Origin: Yuukianura sp. NJ FZ-2021 | Lineage: Eukaryota | DNA length: 64,000 nucleotides | NCBI GenBank assembly: GCA_046563655.1 | Contig: CM102284.1 | Location: forward strand, 5,394,001-5,458,000 | Direction of reading: 5' to 3' | Part shown: one piece after another, positions 50,261 to 64,000 of the stretch | Position numbering within the stretch: the stretch's first letter is position 1 | How the letters are laid out: each line of letters begins with the position of its first letter | The notes under the pieces: generated by a model | What the model was told of the DNA's origin: nothing | Databases searched by the model: none | Seen by the model: the letters and a program-made list of their open reading frames with translations, nothing else | Made by a program: the position numbers and the translations under genes

Positions 50261-53200
50261 ATTAGTCAGTGTTAAGTAAGTGTTAATTTGTTTACACATA
50301 CTATATCAACACGTTTATTTTGATATTTTTTCATTTTAATGTGAGCAATACTTTGTCTAGCCTTTAGAAACAATCACTTAAGTTTATAATAAACCTAGTG
50401 AGCAGGATATCCAGAACTGAGCAACGGTACTAACGGTGTCTCACATTCTTTGATATCTTCCCACGACCTCATGAGCATCCGAATACCTCAAGATTACTCG
50501 ATTGTGACTTAAAATGCATTGTTTGCATGAGTACACAGAAGAGAGCAGTAGAGCAGCAAGTATCAACCTAGAGGCTTAGCATTTGGCTTTAGCATGGCTC
50601 AAGTTGCAGGGATTTCGATGTGGTATGTCTATGCTACAGGCTACACGGTCGTTGGTGGCCTAATGAGAAAAATTGTAAAGATTTTTGGATTGTTTGGTAC
50701 TGTAGTATGTAGGGAGATTGGGATGCTGCTGGCAAACCAACAGGTAGGTTTACATTACCTCTGGGTTGATGCTGGCTGTTCTCGAGAAATGAAGTTTTTG
50801 TGTTATGTTGTTTGCATTTAGATTCGTTGAGATGAGTCGGTAGTTGAGTTCTCACCAGGTAACACAGTACACATCGAATCCTTGATCTGATCTGCAATGC
50901 AATTCCGATCAATCGTTTCCAATCAATTACTCGTAACAAGGCCAAGATTTTGGCAGTTTTAGGATTTTAGTGTTTGATTAATTTTACGACTTCACGTCAA
51001 CGCCTTTTGTACCAAATTTTAAGTTTTACTAATTCGCGTCTTTGTTTTTGATTCTTCAGTTCATAATACACAAGTGATTTTTGTGGAGTTTGAAAATTCA
51101 ATTCAACATTCCAGCAGAAGATTCCGAATTTTTGTGATCTCTGGATTATTGAAAGAACCGGCTCCAAAATCTTCGTTTTCTGGTAAGTGTAAGCAATTTT
51201 TATGTTTTATTTTATTGTGAATGTGATTCAGATTGAAAGATTGCATGCAAGTTTTGAGAAATTCTTTTCTATTGTTCAATTTTCACGCATGATTGAACAA
51301 TGGAAAAAGTTATGGGAAATTCAGGAACAGTAAAAATGGAAATGACTTTTACAACAGTATTTCTGTAACCAAAATGTTAATGTGATTCAGTGGTCATCAT
51401 CAATTGAAACTTTGTTTATCTTTTATCATCTCATTGTCATTGTCACAGGAAAGTGTTTCAACGACAAATTGCTACCCACTGCAAAATCTGTGTGCAATTT
51501 TCGCACATTCTAAAACACGCTCTGCATGCTCCCGGCTAGACCAATAGACTAAAAATATCAAATGCAATACGCGATTTAGTTCGCGATAGGATTGAATGAC
51601 TTTACAATGTCATTCATGGTTCAAAAAATCTAAATTGTCGAAAACTGAGCGTAGGTTCAGAGTTCATCATCAGAACGCTGCAATTTTTTTTCCAAAACCG
51701 TCATTTTTATTTGAACTAAAATTTAAAAAGAAAGTTCAAAAAGCTTCTTTTTTTGCGAGACGTGAAATATTTCTTTTTTTTCGGAATGACGTGTAGCAAT
51801 TGCAAAGTATTTTTTTTAGCTTAGTTAGAAATATTACAGGAAATCTCCTTAATTATTGCGAAAGTGTGATTTTTCTGTCATGTGGCGTCATTTCATTTAT
51901 AATGCAAGTGATCCGATTCGCTACATTTAAATTCAAACCCAAAATTTATGAATTGTAAATAAAAAGTTCATCTTTTAATTTTTGTTGTGGTGTAGTGTGG
52001 TGGGCGTGTTAAGCACTTTTGTAAAATTCAAAACTTCATAATTCATTTTCTTTGAAGCGAGTTTTATCCGGTCGTGCAGGATTTGTCGGAATTTCGGACA
52101 TCCGTTAACTCAAAAGATTTTTTTATGTAAAATTTGTAAAATTATATGATTCGAAGATGAAGGTTTGTTTTTGTTGAAGATTCAGAGATTCAATTGTTTC
52201 TTATCCCGGATATTCGAAGGCAATATGTATTTTTTTGCGGTGCGATGTGAGAATGATACGATGTTTATTGTTTAGCTGTCAGCATATTAAATTTTTGTAA
52301 GTATCTTGCATAACAGTACTTTGATTTAATGTGTATTTTATATTACTAATTTTTACAATCGTTTTTAAAGTGTTGTTCCACCGCTGCGCGGTGGTGGAAC
52401 ACTGTTCAAAGGAGTTAAAATTTCGAACCGTGTCATCTTTCTGATCATTATCCCAAAAATCAAAGGTCAAGTTCGTGGCAAAAATTGCTGAAAAATGTGA
52501 TTAACTGTTGTGATGATGATGAGCAAAAGTTTAGTACTGTACGTGAAGTGGAAAAGACTGTGGTGTTAACTTTAATTTCCGTTGAATTCAGCATTCAATG
52601 CATTTTTTTTGCAAAAAGCGCTAGCTACTAGACTTGACTTCCTTGAAAAATTAAACTTGACTGCTATTTCCTGGGTGTTCAAGTAAAGTCAAAGTCAGGA
52701 ACTTTTTAGCACAAAATTTATCAAAGAATCAAGTTCAGAGTTTTTTGTGACTTGGGAATAAGGAAATGATGACACCAATTGTAAATTGTAGAATTAGTAA
52801 TTAATCATTCAGGAATTAAGTTTTTGGTAAGTTTTTGCACAGATTTTTGATAACTTGCAATTTGCAAGTTCTTTGTAAGAAGCTTTTCGTGAATTGAAAA
52901 GTTGGATTTACTGCGTTCTCGTTCTCGTTTAGTATTTGCGTAACCTAATTTTGAAAAGGTTCAAAAGATGTATGATCGGATCGTGCGTGTCTTATGTTTT
53001 TTAAGTAGTAATTTCTCCTAATTCTTTTTCTCTCCACTTAGTAAATTAATGTTTTTTAATTAATTGAATTTCAGGTCAGAAACTCAGTGTGAGATCCTTT
53101 GTCATTGTCTTTCTGTCTATCGCCAGAAAATCTGAAATCTCACCATAAGGCAATCAAGATTTTCAGCCTTAGCATCAGTGAAGAACGCATGTTGATCTTC

Positions 53201-54051
53201 CGGAAGGCAAGCGGTTCGTATTTCCTCTGAAAAGCTACAGGTCGATCCTTAGCTTAGCGTCTACCTTACGACAAGTTTGCCAGGAATTGTTGACACGCAA
53301 AATCCTGAGAGAAACAAAGAAGTTACAGGAGATCATCAGTCATTGATAAAGGAACGGTCTCCTTGACATGGTTGCTGCAAGTTCTCAAGATATGATCTCA
53401 AATTCATCAGTCTAAATCACACGCAGGACGGCCCAGTTTGACTTTTGTATTAATTTCAAATAGTTACTCCCTCTTCTTCCCCCAAAAAAGAAGAGAAAAA
53501 TATGGACGATGGGGTTTCATCGTGGTTGATTTAGAAAGTGAAACTGAAATTGAAGCAGCCAGCAGTAGTCAACACAATTTTGGGAAAACTTGATGCTACA
53601 AAGGAAACATTAAACGTCTCGTCTTCTGGCCCTCGAAATACTTTTAGTAGAAGACAGGAGACCAGAAAGTTCCGGTATCCGACTTTCATCTCTCACCTTA
53701 CCCTGATGACCCACATTTCTCCCCCCTGGTCCCTTAAAATCTGGAAGAAAACTACAGCAATGTGATGAAGATGACTTTTGTAAAAATTGTTCACACTTCG
53801 CCATGAGATGAGACGAGACGACCTAATTACTCTCCGTGATTAATGGGAGAAGTTGATCAAATTAACATTTGAAAAGCATCGAAGAAGAGACAATTCAACT
53901 CGTTTTTCAGCCATTGACACCGCCACCTTCTAATAAAAGTCATTTAAGTCCGACGTTGATTAATAATTGAAAAAGTGCTAAACGAAACGTATCGTTTTGG
54001 AGTGAAGATTTGAGGATAAGAAGATGAAGAGGAACCGACTACAACTGTGAC

Positions 54052-57000
54052 ATGGCCTCTCATCAAGAATTTGTAGTCGAATGGACAATGCTGAATGAAG
54101 ATTGCAACAATTGGACATCCGATGGTAAGGTATCAATTTCGTTTATTCACTTTATATTTCATAGATATAGTTTTTTTTTATGCTCTATCATAATTTTTTT
54201 TTGTCGTACAAAGTGGTTAACGGGTTTTGTGCGAAATTATTGCCACACCTACTTAAATGTGATGGCAGTGTCAGTATCAAGTTACAAATTTTATACAACT
54301 TGTAGAAGATGACACCGTTACCAGCAGTCATGTCTCGTTAACGCGTTTGATGATGACGAAATCAGGGCCTGTCTCTCTTTGCTCTTTCAAATGCAAATAA
54401 TTCCTGACTTTCCCATTAGCATCTTCTTTAATTATTGCGAATATTAAGCCGCGACACGATCTTTTTAAGTTTACCAAAATTACGCATTTTTTACTGTTTT
54501 TGTGGGTTTTTTAATCGTATTTTTTATGGGCAGTCATTATGATTCTTGAAATTTCGCAATTTTTTTCATCAAGTTGTGAGTTTGCAAGATTTTTGGAACA
54601 AACAAATAGTTCTTTTTTGTTTTCTATATAAAGCATAGAGCTTAAATGGTTTGTAGCTGATGAATGCTCAAATTAATGATTAATTGCTGAGGAGTTTGCA
54701 AATTTTCATGCTGCACAGAGGCCATTGTTAAACTTAGCTTTTTTAGCAACGAGAAAATATTTGATTTCTAATTTTGGGATGTATTTGAAAAGTCAGTGTC
54801 CCGTGCGTGTGAGTATTTAAAAAGAAACGACAGACATTTCAACAAGTTGTGTAGGAAAAAAATGTGCGAAAAATTGGCAAACACTTTGATAACATTGTTT
54901 TACGTTATTAGAATCGGTGCCAAAAACGCTAGACTTCTGTGTTTGTTATTTTTGTCTCCTCTTAACATTAGGTACGCACTTTGCGTTTGCTTCCTAGAAA
55001 ATAAGACTCCTCTCTGAAGTTATTGCCAATTGTTTAGGTTTTTTCTGCTTCTTTTTTTATTTTTCTTCTTTCAAAGCTGAAACTGAACCGATGTTTAAAA
55101 AAACTTGCCACAGAGAAATTCGGGGAAGTTGTTAAGTTGTTGTAGAATTCATTCATTGCAAGCGTCTTTTTTCGAAGACTTGATTTTAACAAACACTCTT
55201 AGTAAAACACTCACTGGAGACACTTGTAGAAAGTGGGAAGTTGCAAAGTTGCTAGTTGTGCGTCTGCAATTAATTCTAGTGCACGATTTTACTTGGTAAC
55301 ACGCACAATGGGAACGGTGACCTTTGACCCTGCTGGTGAGTTCATTCTTGCCTTGCGTAATTTTGGGTTTCTTTTATAACTTTTTTTTCGTAGAAAGTTA
55401 CGTATATGTTGTTATAAAAGTTAAAGATAAAGATTTACTTGTTACGAACGCGTTTGACATCTTCGTTTGCGAATCTTCAAGTGAAAGGCGGTTAGCTCAT
55501 AGGTGCAGAAATTACTACCTAAAAGATGAAAATCTTGTTACGAGTATCCAAAAACATAACATCTTTGTTTACATTTTCTCTTTTTTGAAATTTGTTTTTC
55601 ATTGATATAATTACTGAAAAACTCAAAGATTTCTCCTTTTGTAGTAGAATTTACTTGTAAAACTGATTTTAGCACAATCAAACGCAAAAAGACCAAAAAA
55701 AAATTGGCTGAGAAAGTGTGCGAGCGTTTAAATTTTTCTTTTAAAAAAAATTTTAATTTCTCAATTTTTCCTTAATTTTTCAACTCCGTCTAAAATTTAT
55801 TTTTAAAGCGGGATGAGAAAACGAATTTTTTTTATCGTGTAATTACCAAAACGGCGTTTAGGCTTACCGCAGAAAAAGAATTATTTTTGGCCGAAATTTT
55901 CATTTTTTTTTGTTCCTCATGACTTTTTTTTGCAAGTTTTATACACTTTTTTTATAGTTTTTTTTTTCTTTTTTGACAAAAAATGTTTGTTCCTACAAAA
56001 AAGAGGACTTTGCTTACATGTTCTTCGACCTTGGCTTTTGGTGAATGTATTTTTTTTGTAGTGAATTTTCGATTTTGATTTTGGAACTGTCAAAGTCATT
56101 GAAATTGACCCTGTACTGGCTTTTTAAATGTTTTCCAATTTGAAATTGTTGTTACACGCTCCCCTTGAGTTTTTAGTCTGTCATCAATTGTATTGTTAAC
56201 ATATCCAAGTAGGCGTTAAGTCACAAGGTCCCAGGATCATTGAATTGATTCTAATTCAATTGAACATCATCCTCAGCATCTTTCCCTTGTGATGTGATCT
56301 GCGTCCCACTTCCCTAAGCCTCAAGTACTATTTCCTCTTACTAAGTTTTCATTTGATTGGCCTGTCATCACTTGAATCACTTGAAAGTCCAAACTTTGCC
56401 TCATGTCATGCAATTAAGCAATTTTTAGATTTGAAGTGACCAATTTTGGTTTGTTCTAGGCCGTAGATTCAAAGAAAGATTCAAACGATCCTAAATTCTT
56501 TTGAGACTGGGATTCATTCAAGTTGTTTTGAATGCTCATGCTTAAATCGAAAGTTAGCAGCAACAGCTTGAGAATGACAATTAAAGTTAATTCTATTTAT
56601 AACTTTAATTAATTTTCAAAAGAGACGGATATGGATGGATTAACAGAGTTCAGTTTTTGCAAGCTCTGCTTATTTTGAAATCTGTAAAACAAAACTTCCG
56701 AAACGTCTCATCATCTTTTAGTACAAAGTCATTGTGATGCTGAGCATCTTTAGAAAAATTCAAGGAAAAAGTTAGACAGAGCATGGTTTGTCACTTTTAA
56801 TTATATCTGTCAAAGGTAACTACTTTTAGAAATAGCAGAAGTTAAGTTTTTGTGTGGAGATGAGTAATTAAGTAAGTAAGCATAAACAACTTATGAAGAT
56901 CTTGAAGGTTACGTTTTTTTAACTTCCTGAGCAGAAGAATAACGCTAAGCATACAAATCTTTGAAAGGTTTTTAAGTCTAGGTTAAAAAAATGGTTTTTA

Positions 57001-60000
57001 TTGAAATGTGGGTTCGTTTTTTATTTTGAAAAGGCTGAAAATCGTGCTGCCTTGAGTGACAGCTCAACACTGATTTTTTATTTTTGCTGCAGGATGATTG
57101 ATACTCTTGTTTTTTCTTGCCTCTTTCTTTTTGTAAAATCAAAAAGAAAAGTGAGCCGCCAGTTGTTTGTTAGTTAAGTTTAATAAATGAATTTGGATTA
57201 ATGGGTTTGGATTTCCGCTCCAAGGGCTAGAGGTGCCTTTACTTTACAAGATTTTAGGAAAAAAGAAACGCTCTCATTCCCTGCCTTGAGAAACATGTCC
57301 ATTAGGGGGATAGGGAGGACCATTTTATTAGGTTGAAGTAAGGAATAATTGATAGAAAATTTGAAATCATTGTGTTTCCATTCCATACGGTAGATTAGTT
57401 GGCTGAAACTAATTACTTTCTCAAGTAGATTTCGGTAGAATATGTAGTAAGTAACTGCTATGTTCTGTTCGTCTAGGTTAGGATTTTGGAAATTGAAATT
57501 TTGAGATGAATCGTACATATTTAATATTTTTGTGTGTAAACTTTTAATTTTTGTTAGATGTATAGGGATGTTAGAATGTGTGGGTACAATGTTGTTGGTT
57601 TGGCCGTATTTCAACCTAACATCAGCATCCTTGCTTTTTTTTGTAGTTAATTAGCTGACAAGTGGGGTACAGAGTGGAGTGGGTATTTTTTGGACGTTCG
57701 TAATTAATTGTTGACTTTGATCTGGCCCATAAACGCCAATTCTTTACAACTTTGATTTGCCAAGAAAAAAGAAGTGTTTTGGAGTAAATTTCAAATTGTG
57801 TAAAATTTACGGTTCTGCGTCGACACTCCTTAAATTGCAACGTGCTACAGGCAATGCAAGAATGCAACTTCAATTTCAGTTCAACTAAAACTTTATCTTC
57901 TCTGCTGTCAATAACTATTAGCATTTCCATTAAAAGATTTCAACACTTCATCTTGTGGTTTTAGAAATGTGAAGAGTATCACTAGTTTTGCTGGATTCTA
58001 AAATACTTTTTTTTCTAAGATTTGAAAACAAAGAACAATTAATTGTAGGATTGAGCTGTCTTGTTTTTCACAACTTTTCAATAATAATGCGTCTTCAAAA
58101 ACTTGCTCATCTCATCAGCAATTACCTGATTTTTGCAGTTGTAGATTTTCAAGGACGACTTTAGGATCTTCTTCAATAGTAATTGTTGAGTAAGTACTAC
58201 TGCAGTTGTACACAGTTTCGCTTTAAAAGAAAAAACTTGAATGTTTTCTCAAATGCTGATGCTTTTTCTGTTTGTGCTGGAAAAAAGTTGCTGAAATCAC
58301 ATTCGCAAATTGATGTGGTCGTTAGGCTTTTTGGTTGTTCATGATTTGCGGATTGATAAGATGTGAAAACCTGGGAACTTGGAATCTTCGACGTTCTCGT
58401 TGGAAAATAACAATTTCCAGGTTTTTTTCTGCACGTTTTTTTAAAGGTGTCATTATTTAAGTTGTGATGCAGCGAAAATCATTGTAAGATGATTTTTTTG
58501 CTGTTGAAGAGGAATGATGTAATGAGCAAGAGGTTTTTTTTCGCGGAGATGGGATTTGCAGTAACTTGCCAGGAAATTTTTGTTCTTAGACTTTGTCAAT
58601 TTGAATCGTCAAGCATGAGAACACGTTTTTTAAAGTAGAAAAACCGACCAATTTTAGAATGTGACGAGGCTGTTCACACTTCTGGTCCACTGTGCGTCTG
58701 CACCACATCGCAATCGCCGTTGTTTTCAATTTCATTTCCGCTTCAGACTTTAGTGAAAATTCCTTGAGGTCGAAATTTTGCAAATCATGACTAGATTTAA
58801 TGAAAATTGGGCTTCCTGGTGCTTGCGCTTTCTTTTCTCCATCTTCGGAAGTCACGAAATTGATGAACCGATTTCGGTGACTTTGCAACTATTTTGTATT
58901 TTGAAAACTCTCGATTAGCGGTCTGCTAAATCATTAACTTCTGTTTATTATGAATTGAGGTCATCGACACCTACATGAATCTGCTTGTTTTCATCTGCTC
59001 CAAGCAATTTCGTAACTTTCATTCATTTTTCCTGAATTTGTGCGAAGGTGAAAGTAGTTGAATCTGATCTGTGATTAATAGCTCATGCAATTATAGTTCA
59101 GATTCTGCATTCTGCTGCCAAAAAATCAACGGTTATTGTTCAGACTTGGGTCGTCGCAATTGTTTTGCAACTCTTCTGATTTACGATTTGGCAAGGCTAG
59201 AACTAAATGCTTACTCCACTGCAATTCAAATTGCAAATGGATAAGTTCAAGGTGATCAGCCTCTGAATTGTAGTACTACTTGCAAGCAAACTTGACCAAA
59301 AAATGAGAATCCAAACTTGTTTGGCGTCTTGTAGAGTTTAAAATGATTGAATTGGAATAATAGTTGTGCAAAAAGAACAATGGATGGATTTTGGCAAAGG
59401 ATGAAGAATTTGTGAGGAAATTAAACACAAGTCTCCCTGTGTCATTTGCTTTGTCTCTTTAGTCGTCATTAACACACCTAAAAAGACTATTCATCTTGGT
59501 GTTATGTAAAGAAGTTCATTCCTGGGCCATTGCTCTCATTTCGTGGACTTACTTCCTAAACTGGCTTTATTATCCCTGGGATAATTTGAATTTTTTAAAT
59601 TATCCTATTTCCCACACCACATTTTTTCAAGACCAACAGGTCACTGAACTGAGGATTGCACAAAACAAACAATTAACAGCCGCCACGGTGAGGCTTTGTC
59701 ACTTGAAAAGCTGGACAGTGAGACTTTTAATGCTGGGAGCACCGTTGGATACTCGCAGAATCATTTTCTTGCTATGATGTGAATGTTGTCTAGATTTTTC
59801 CTCATCTTTTTAATGATTGGGTTGCAAGATTACGTAACATTTTGGCATTAGCCTTTACCTTCTTGTAAACTGTTGCGTAAATCGTCAAAAAACTTTACAT
59901 GATTCACACGACATGACTTTGAACTAAAGAAAAGATAGTCTCATGTATAACTCCTGCTGCATAGAACTACTAGTTTGCATCCTTTTTTGCAGGGAAATAA

Positions 60001-62039
60001 CCACAATAATTGTTGTAGATATTCCCCAAGAACTATAACGTTTAGCATTTAGTTGAAGTTTGTAGCTTTAGCTAGTTGCTTGCTTGTGAATTTTTGTCCT
60101 TACTGAATATGGATCTAGGCAGGAGGGGACTTGAAGTCCATTGTTCTCGCCCTTTGTGAACTTTTAAAGTTTAAAGCCTCGGAATTGTGAATTGTTAGCT
60201 TCTAAGGGTACCTTTCAGGTCAAACTTTTTGTGCATGAGTCACATAACCCAACATTTTAAGGGTACCAGCCTGCGTTTCTTTTAAGGGACAAGTATTGAC
60301 ACAGTTTCAGTTTTGTGAAGTTATTAGACTCAAATCGTGTGATTTTTAGAACTGTAGAGTCAGGAAATCTAAGAGAGTCAAGGCATTTTAGTTTTTGAAG
60401 GGAAACGAGTTTCAGTTTACAGTAGTGCTTTATAATTTTTATATTTTTTTGAGTCATAGTGATTTTAGTGATAATTTGTCTGGTGATGTCCAAAGCAGGG
60501 CGTGTTGTGGTCAAATGGTCAACGCAGTTCTTCAACGGACAAGGCACGAAGTATTGAGGCTAACCAAAGATTATACTTTCTAGAGTGCTCATAAAACATT
60601 AGGAACAAGGAAATGAGACTTGAATTTAGTTTAGTTTACCAGGAAGATTTGTTTCTGTTTTGATTGTAAGATTTTTGTTCAGAAAAAAGTTACAAAAGTT
60701 CAGTATGGGACGAGAAGCGGAAGGAAGAAGAGGGAGAAATCAGCGTCGATATTTTTAAAACAAACCACTTAAGTACGCCGAAAGTGAGAAAACCGGGTTT
60801 CGGAGAAAAGTCGAACAGAGGAAGTTGTGTTGTGCGAGAGAAAATTTTTGTGTTGTTTTGTAACCAGATTTCACGATTTTGATTCAATTGTGCTTTCGAA
60901 ATCTTGGATTTCAAAGTTTAGTGGATCAACTGCTGCACGACTTCACCGATTCCTGACATAAATCTGTGTTGCTCACGGTGTTAATTCATGGGCTGTCTGG
61001 ATTTGGTGTAACTTTCACGTTTTGATGCATTTGCTAGCATAAAGTACTAAAGAAAACTAAAGTTGCTTGTGGTGCGGGTGTGATTAGAGGCTGATTGCGA
61101 TTGATTTATTGAAATCTGAAAAGAAAGTCAGAAGAACTCCTACGCCCTCAACTGTCCAACATACTTTGGATACTAAAAGAGCCCTTAAGAAGATGGATTT
61201 GAGAACAATGAGAACAATTCCACTTAACAAAGATTCGTTCGCTCATGTCAAAGGTCAGATAGCATAAGTACACACAGCGAAAGTTAGCTGGTAGTAATTA
61301 CGATTTCAATTTATGTCTTGACATGCATCAATTTCAGTCCGTATGTTCTCACGCAGGGAATACAAATTGAAATTTTATGCTTACTCCCTTTTTTGGGATT
61401 AATTATTTTGTAATTTTGAAAATCTGATTTTCAAAAAACGCTGCAGGTTTCTTCAACGTGCTGATTTCGAAATTTAGTTTAACGATAGACGCATTTTTAA
61501 TTTGTAACTGTTTTTTGAAGTTTTTTGATTTGAATCTTTTTATGGGAAAGTATCCTGTGACGGTTGTGGAAGTTATTTTTATGGTGGGTATTTAGTATTT
61601 AGTTAACATGACACAGTTCAAATTCGTTTCAAATGGGAATTTTGGATTCTGTTGACCACTTTAGCTAAAACAAAGCCTTAAAACATACTCTAACCTGAAA
61701 ACCTAATTTAAACTAACCTTCAGGTTAACCTATTAGGTTCAAACTTCATGGCTCCTGAAGTAGGAAGAGTTGAAGAGGTTTTTTACTTGTCAAAAATGAA
61801 TCACTCAAAGTAAAGATCTTGTATTTTTTTGAGTCACTTTTACCAACATTTCGACCAAAACTGAATTAACTAGGGAATTGTTTTTATAACTGTGGCACTT
61901 GAATAATTTTAATTTTTTGATTTCAGATTTACACTTGGCAGCTGAATTGGGACGGAGTTTGCTGGAACGAAATGAAGAGCTGGAAAATGAAATCAAAACA
62001 CAGCAACTGCTGATTGATGACCAAGCACAGGAAATTGAG
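54052..62039 (+). CDS. CDR2: CDR2/CDR2L (centrocortin)-like coiled-coil dynein adaptor; first two coding exons, gene continues past the window
   Basis: Exon 54052-54124 (MASHQEFVVEWTMLNEDCNNWTSD, phase 1) joins exon 61927-62039 DLHLAAELGRSLLERNEELENEIKTQQLLIDDQAQEIE, the CC1-box DL.LAAELG..LL.RN.ELE...Q.QEIE of CDR2 proteins. The first-exon assignment is less certain than the second. Confidence 0.8.
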
Positions 62040-64000
62040 GTAACTATTTCCCAACTATTTTTATTTTTTTGGAGAATCTTAGTTTTACGTCCACTTTTGA
62101 CACAAGTTTGTTTTTAAGCCAACGCCTCTTATCCCAGAAGAAATTTTTGTTGGACTCGTAAAAAGCGAAGTCTGACTGCGAAGTAATTAATTTTGAAAAA
62201 CTTTCTGGTTAGCTTGAATTCAATGAATTTTTTAATTTTTCTTGTTTTCCAAAACAAGTAGAAAGTTCATTTCCATGCAATGTCATCTGAACTTTTGAAA
62301 TTCGATTTTTCATGAATTTCTGCAGAGATTTCTTTGCGGAAGGGTGCAAAGGCAAACTTGATTTTAACATGGCATATGGAAAAGAGCGTTTTGAATTGAG
62401 AAGTAAGGGGTGTTTGTAAGGAGCTTTCGATTGACGATAGTTTAGTAATCATAGTAATTGAGAAAACACGCTTTTTTGGTTTACAGTAGACTAACTTCTA
62501 AGTAGGATCTAATGATTTAATTGGCACTTTTGAGTCTACTAACTTCATTTCTCGAACACAAAGTAATGAAGAAGTAACTTAACTTTCGTTAGTTTCTCCA
62601 CGATGAGGCCAAAGTACACTAACGTATTCCGCTGTGATGATAAGACAGGTCAATTTCTCAATGCCTAACATTTGCGCATAAGTTTTTAGTTTTTCACTTT
62701 GCACTTTTCAGAAAAATGATGAAGTACAAGGAAACATGGTTTAAATTTTTATTTTTAAGAAAAGTGATATATGCTACAGAAAACATGAAAGTTGCACACA
62801 GAAGAACATGAAAGTTGTGTTGTAAAAATATCCATTGTTCAGTTTTTCATTGCAAATCACATAAAATGAAGTTGTCAGTTTTACAATCATTGAACACGCA
62901 ACTTTCTTCCTGTTTTCCAAAAAATTGTTGTTCATTTTTCTCTCGTGCTTGTCTGTGATTTTCTAAAGTTCTTATAAAATAGAAATCATTTCCATATTTC
63001 ATTTTTATAGTTTGGTTTTGAAATTTTTAATTTTTAAACATTTTGAGGTATAACCCTTTTTCCGAACTGTTCACGATTTTTTCTAGCTAAACTGAAAATG
63101 TGAATTTTTCTGATGGCGTCGAACCGCATCTCACAATTCAATTTTTTTTTCTCGGAATAGTTAATTTTTTGTTTGATTTCGTAAAGAAAATATGCAACTC
63201 GGAGGTTGTAAATGCAGTTTGGGTTTCGAACAAAGAAAAAGTTGCGAAATTCTTGAAAAATTAGTAGGTACTCTGTCTTGGAACGGAACGAAATTGCACG
63301 TTTGAAATGAATGTTGACCTCACGGTGTAGACCGCGATTCATGTCTATTATGGGTTTAGGAAAAAATGAAAAAATTGAAGGGTTAGGGAGGTCAGTTTGC
63401 GAAAAAAGTTTTATTGCAAATTGTGAATTGAAAATTGCACATTGCATTTTTCCGTGTCTAGCCTCCGGCTTTGTTCTGCTCAACCTTTTACTAAAAGTGC
63501 AATAATTCACGAAAACGGTTTAAATTTTAATGATATGAATGAATACTTTTAAAATTTAAACAAGAAAGGGAGTATAAGTTTTCTAAAGTAAACATAACAG
63601 TAAAAGGATTGGCAATTAACTGTTGTTGTGTACCTTAATTAAATTGCGGAAGAAAGGCGTAAATCATTTAAGACGCTTATGTTTATAAACTACCTTGAAT
63701 CTGCTCTTTTTGTTTAATGTGATTTGCCTGTGGGCTGTCAGTGTTGTATTGAATTCGTTCATACACTTTTCATTTTCTATTGTTCTTTCTCCTTGTAGTG
63801 AAAAAAAGCTAATGATCTCTCAACTATTTCCTTTTTGAGAAGATGCGTTTGCGTAGGCTTGGAATTTTTACGTGATCTTTTGGTGTGATATAAGCTACGT
63901 CCTGGTCTCCTGCTGGTTCTACTAGCGATGTACCATATAAGTAAAAGGGGGAGTAATTTTTAGTAGTGCAGAAGCGGGTAAGGAAGTTTATAAAAGGATT

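Noticed and set aside
58848-58885. Hairpin AAGTCACGAAATT...GATTTCGGTGACTT as a pre-miRNA
   Set aside because: The stem is only ~13-14 bp, too short, and matches no miRNA I recognise.
63034-63510. 158-aa minus-strand ORF
   Set aside because: F/K/I/N-rich composition typical of AT-rich non-coding DNA; no domain or splice support.
1-64000. Prokaryotic-type systems (CRISPR, operons, defence islands), rRNA, tRNA
   Set aside because: The sequence is intron-containing eukaryotic DNA. All tandem repeats are coding and lack unique spacers, and no cloverleaf or rRNA signatures were seen.

Overview
Eukaryotic, AT-rich, gene-dense genomic DNA with many short spliceosomal introns. It is most likely a non-dipteran arthropod (inference from a Stretchin-like muscle gene, PNLDC1, an arthropod-type Ago1 and a DRE motif). 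About 16 spliced protein-coding genes can be reconstructed by hand. In order: the 3' part of a giant titin/Stretchin-like Ig/FN3 muscle protein, a minimal ZNRF RING ligase, golgin-97 with a recent internal exon+intron tandem duplication, a divergent scramblase, COQ3, an SLC17 transporter, an unrecognised secreted 6-Cys peptide precursor, a carotenoid oxygenase, PC4/SUB1, HYPK, PNLDC1, a LAP2-like LEM protein, MRT4, a second divergent scramblase, Argonaute-1, an Spc25-like kinetochore gene, and the 5' part of a CDR2/centrocortin-like gene. A 694-bp foldback MITE with an 8-bp target-site duplication sits at 29262-29955. No rRNA, tRNA or CRISPR array was seen. All family assignments come from recalled motifs, not database searches, and exon boundaries were read by eye. 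The best novelty candidates are the Cys-rich secreted peptide, the LAP2-type double-LEM protein, the golgin module duplication, an internal start exon in the muscle gene, and ~10-bp-periodic A/T clusters confined to the introns of some genes.
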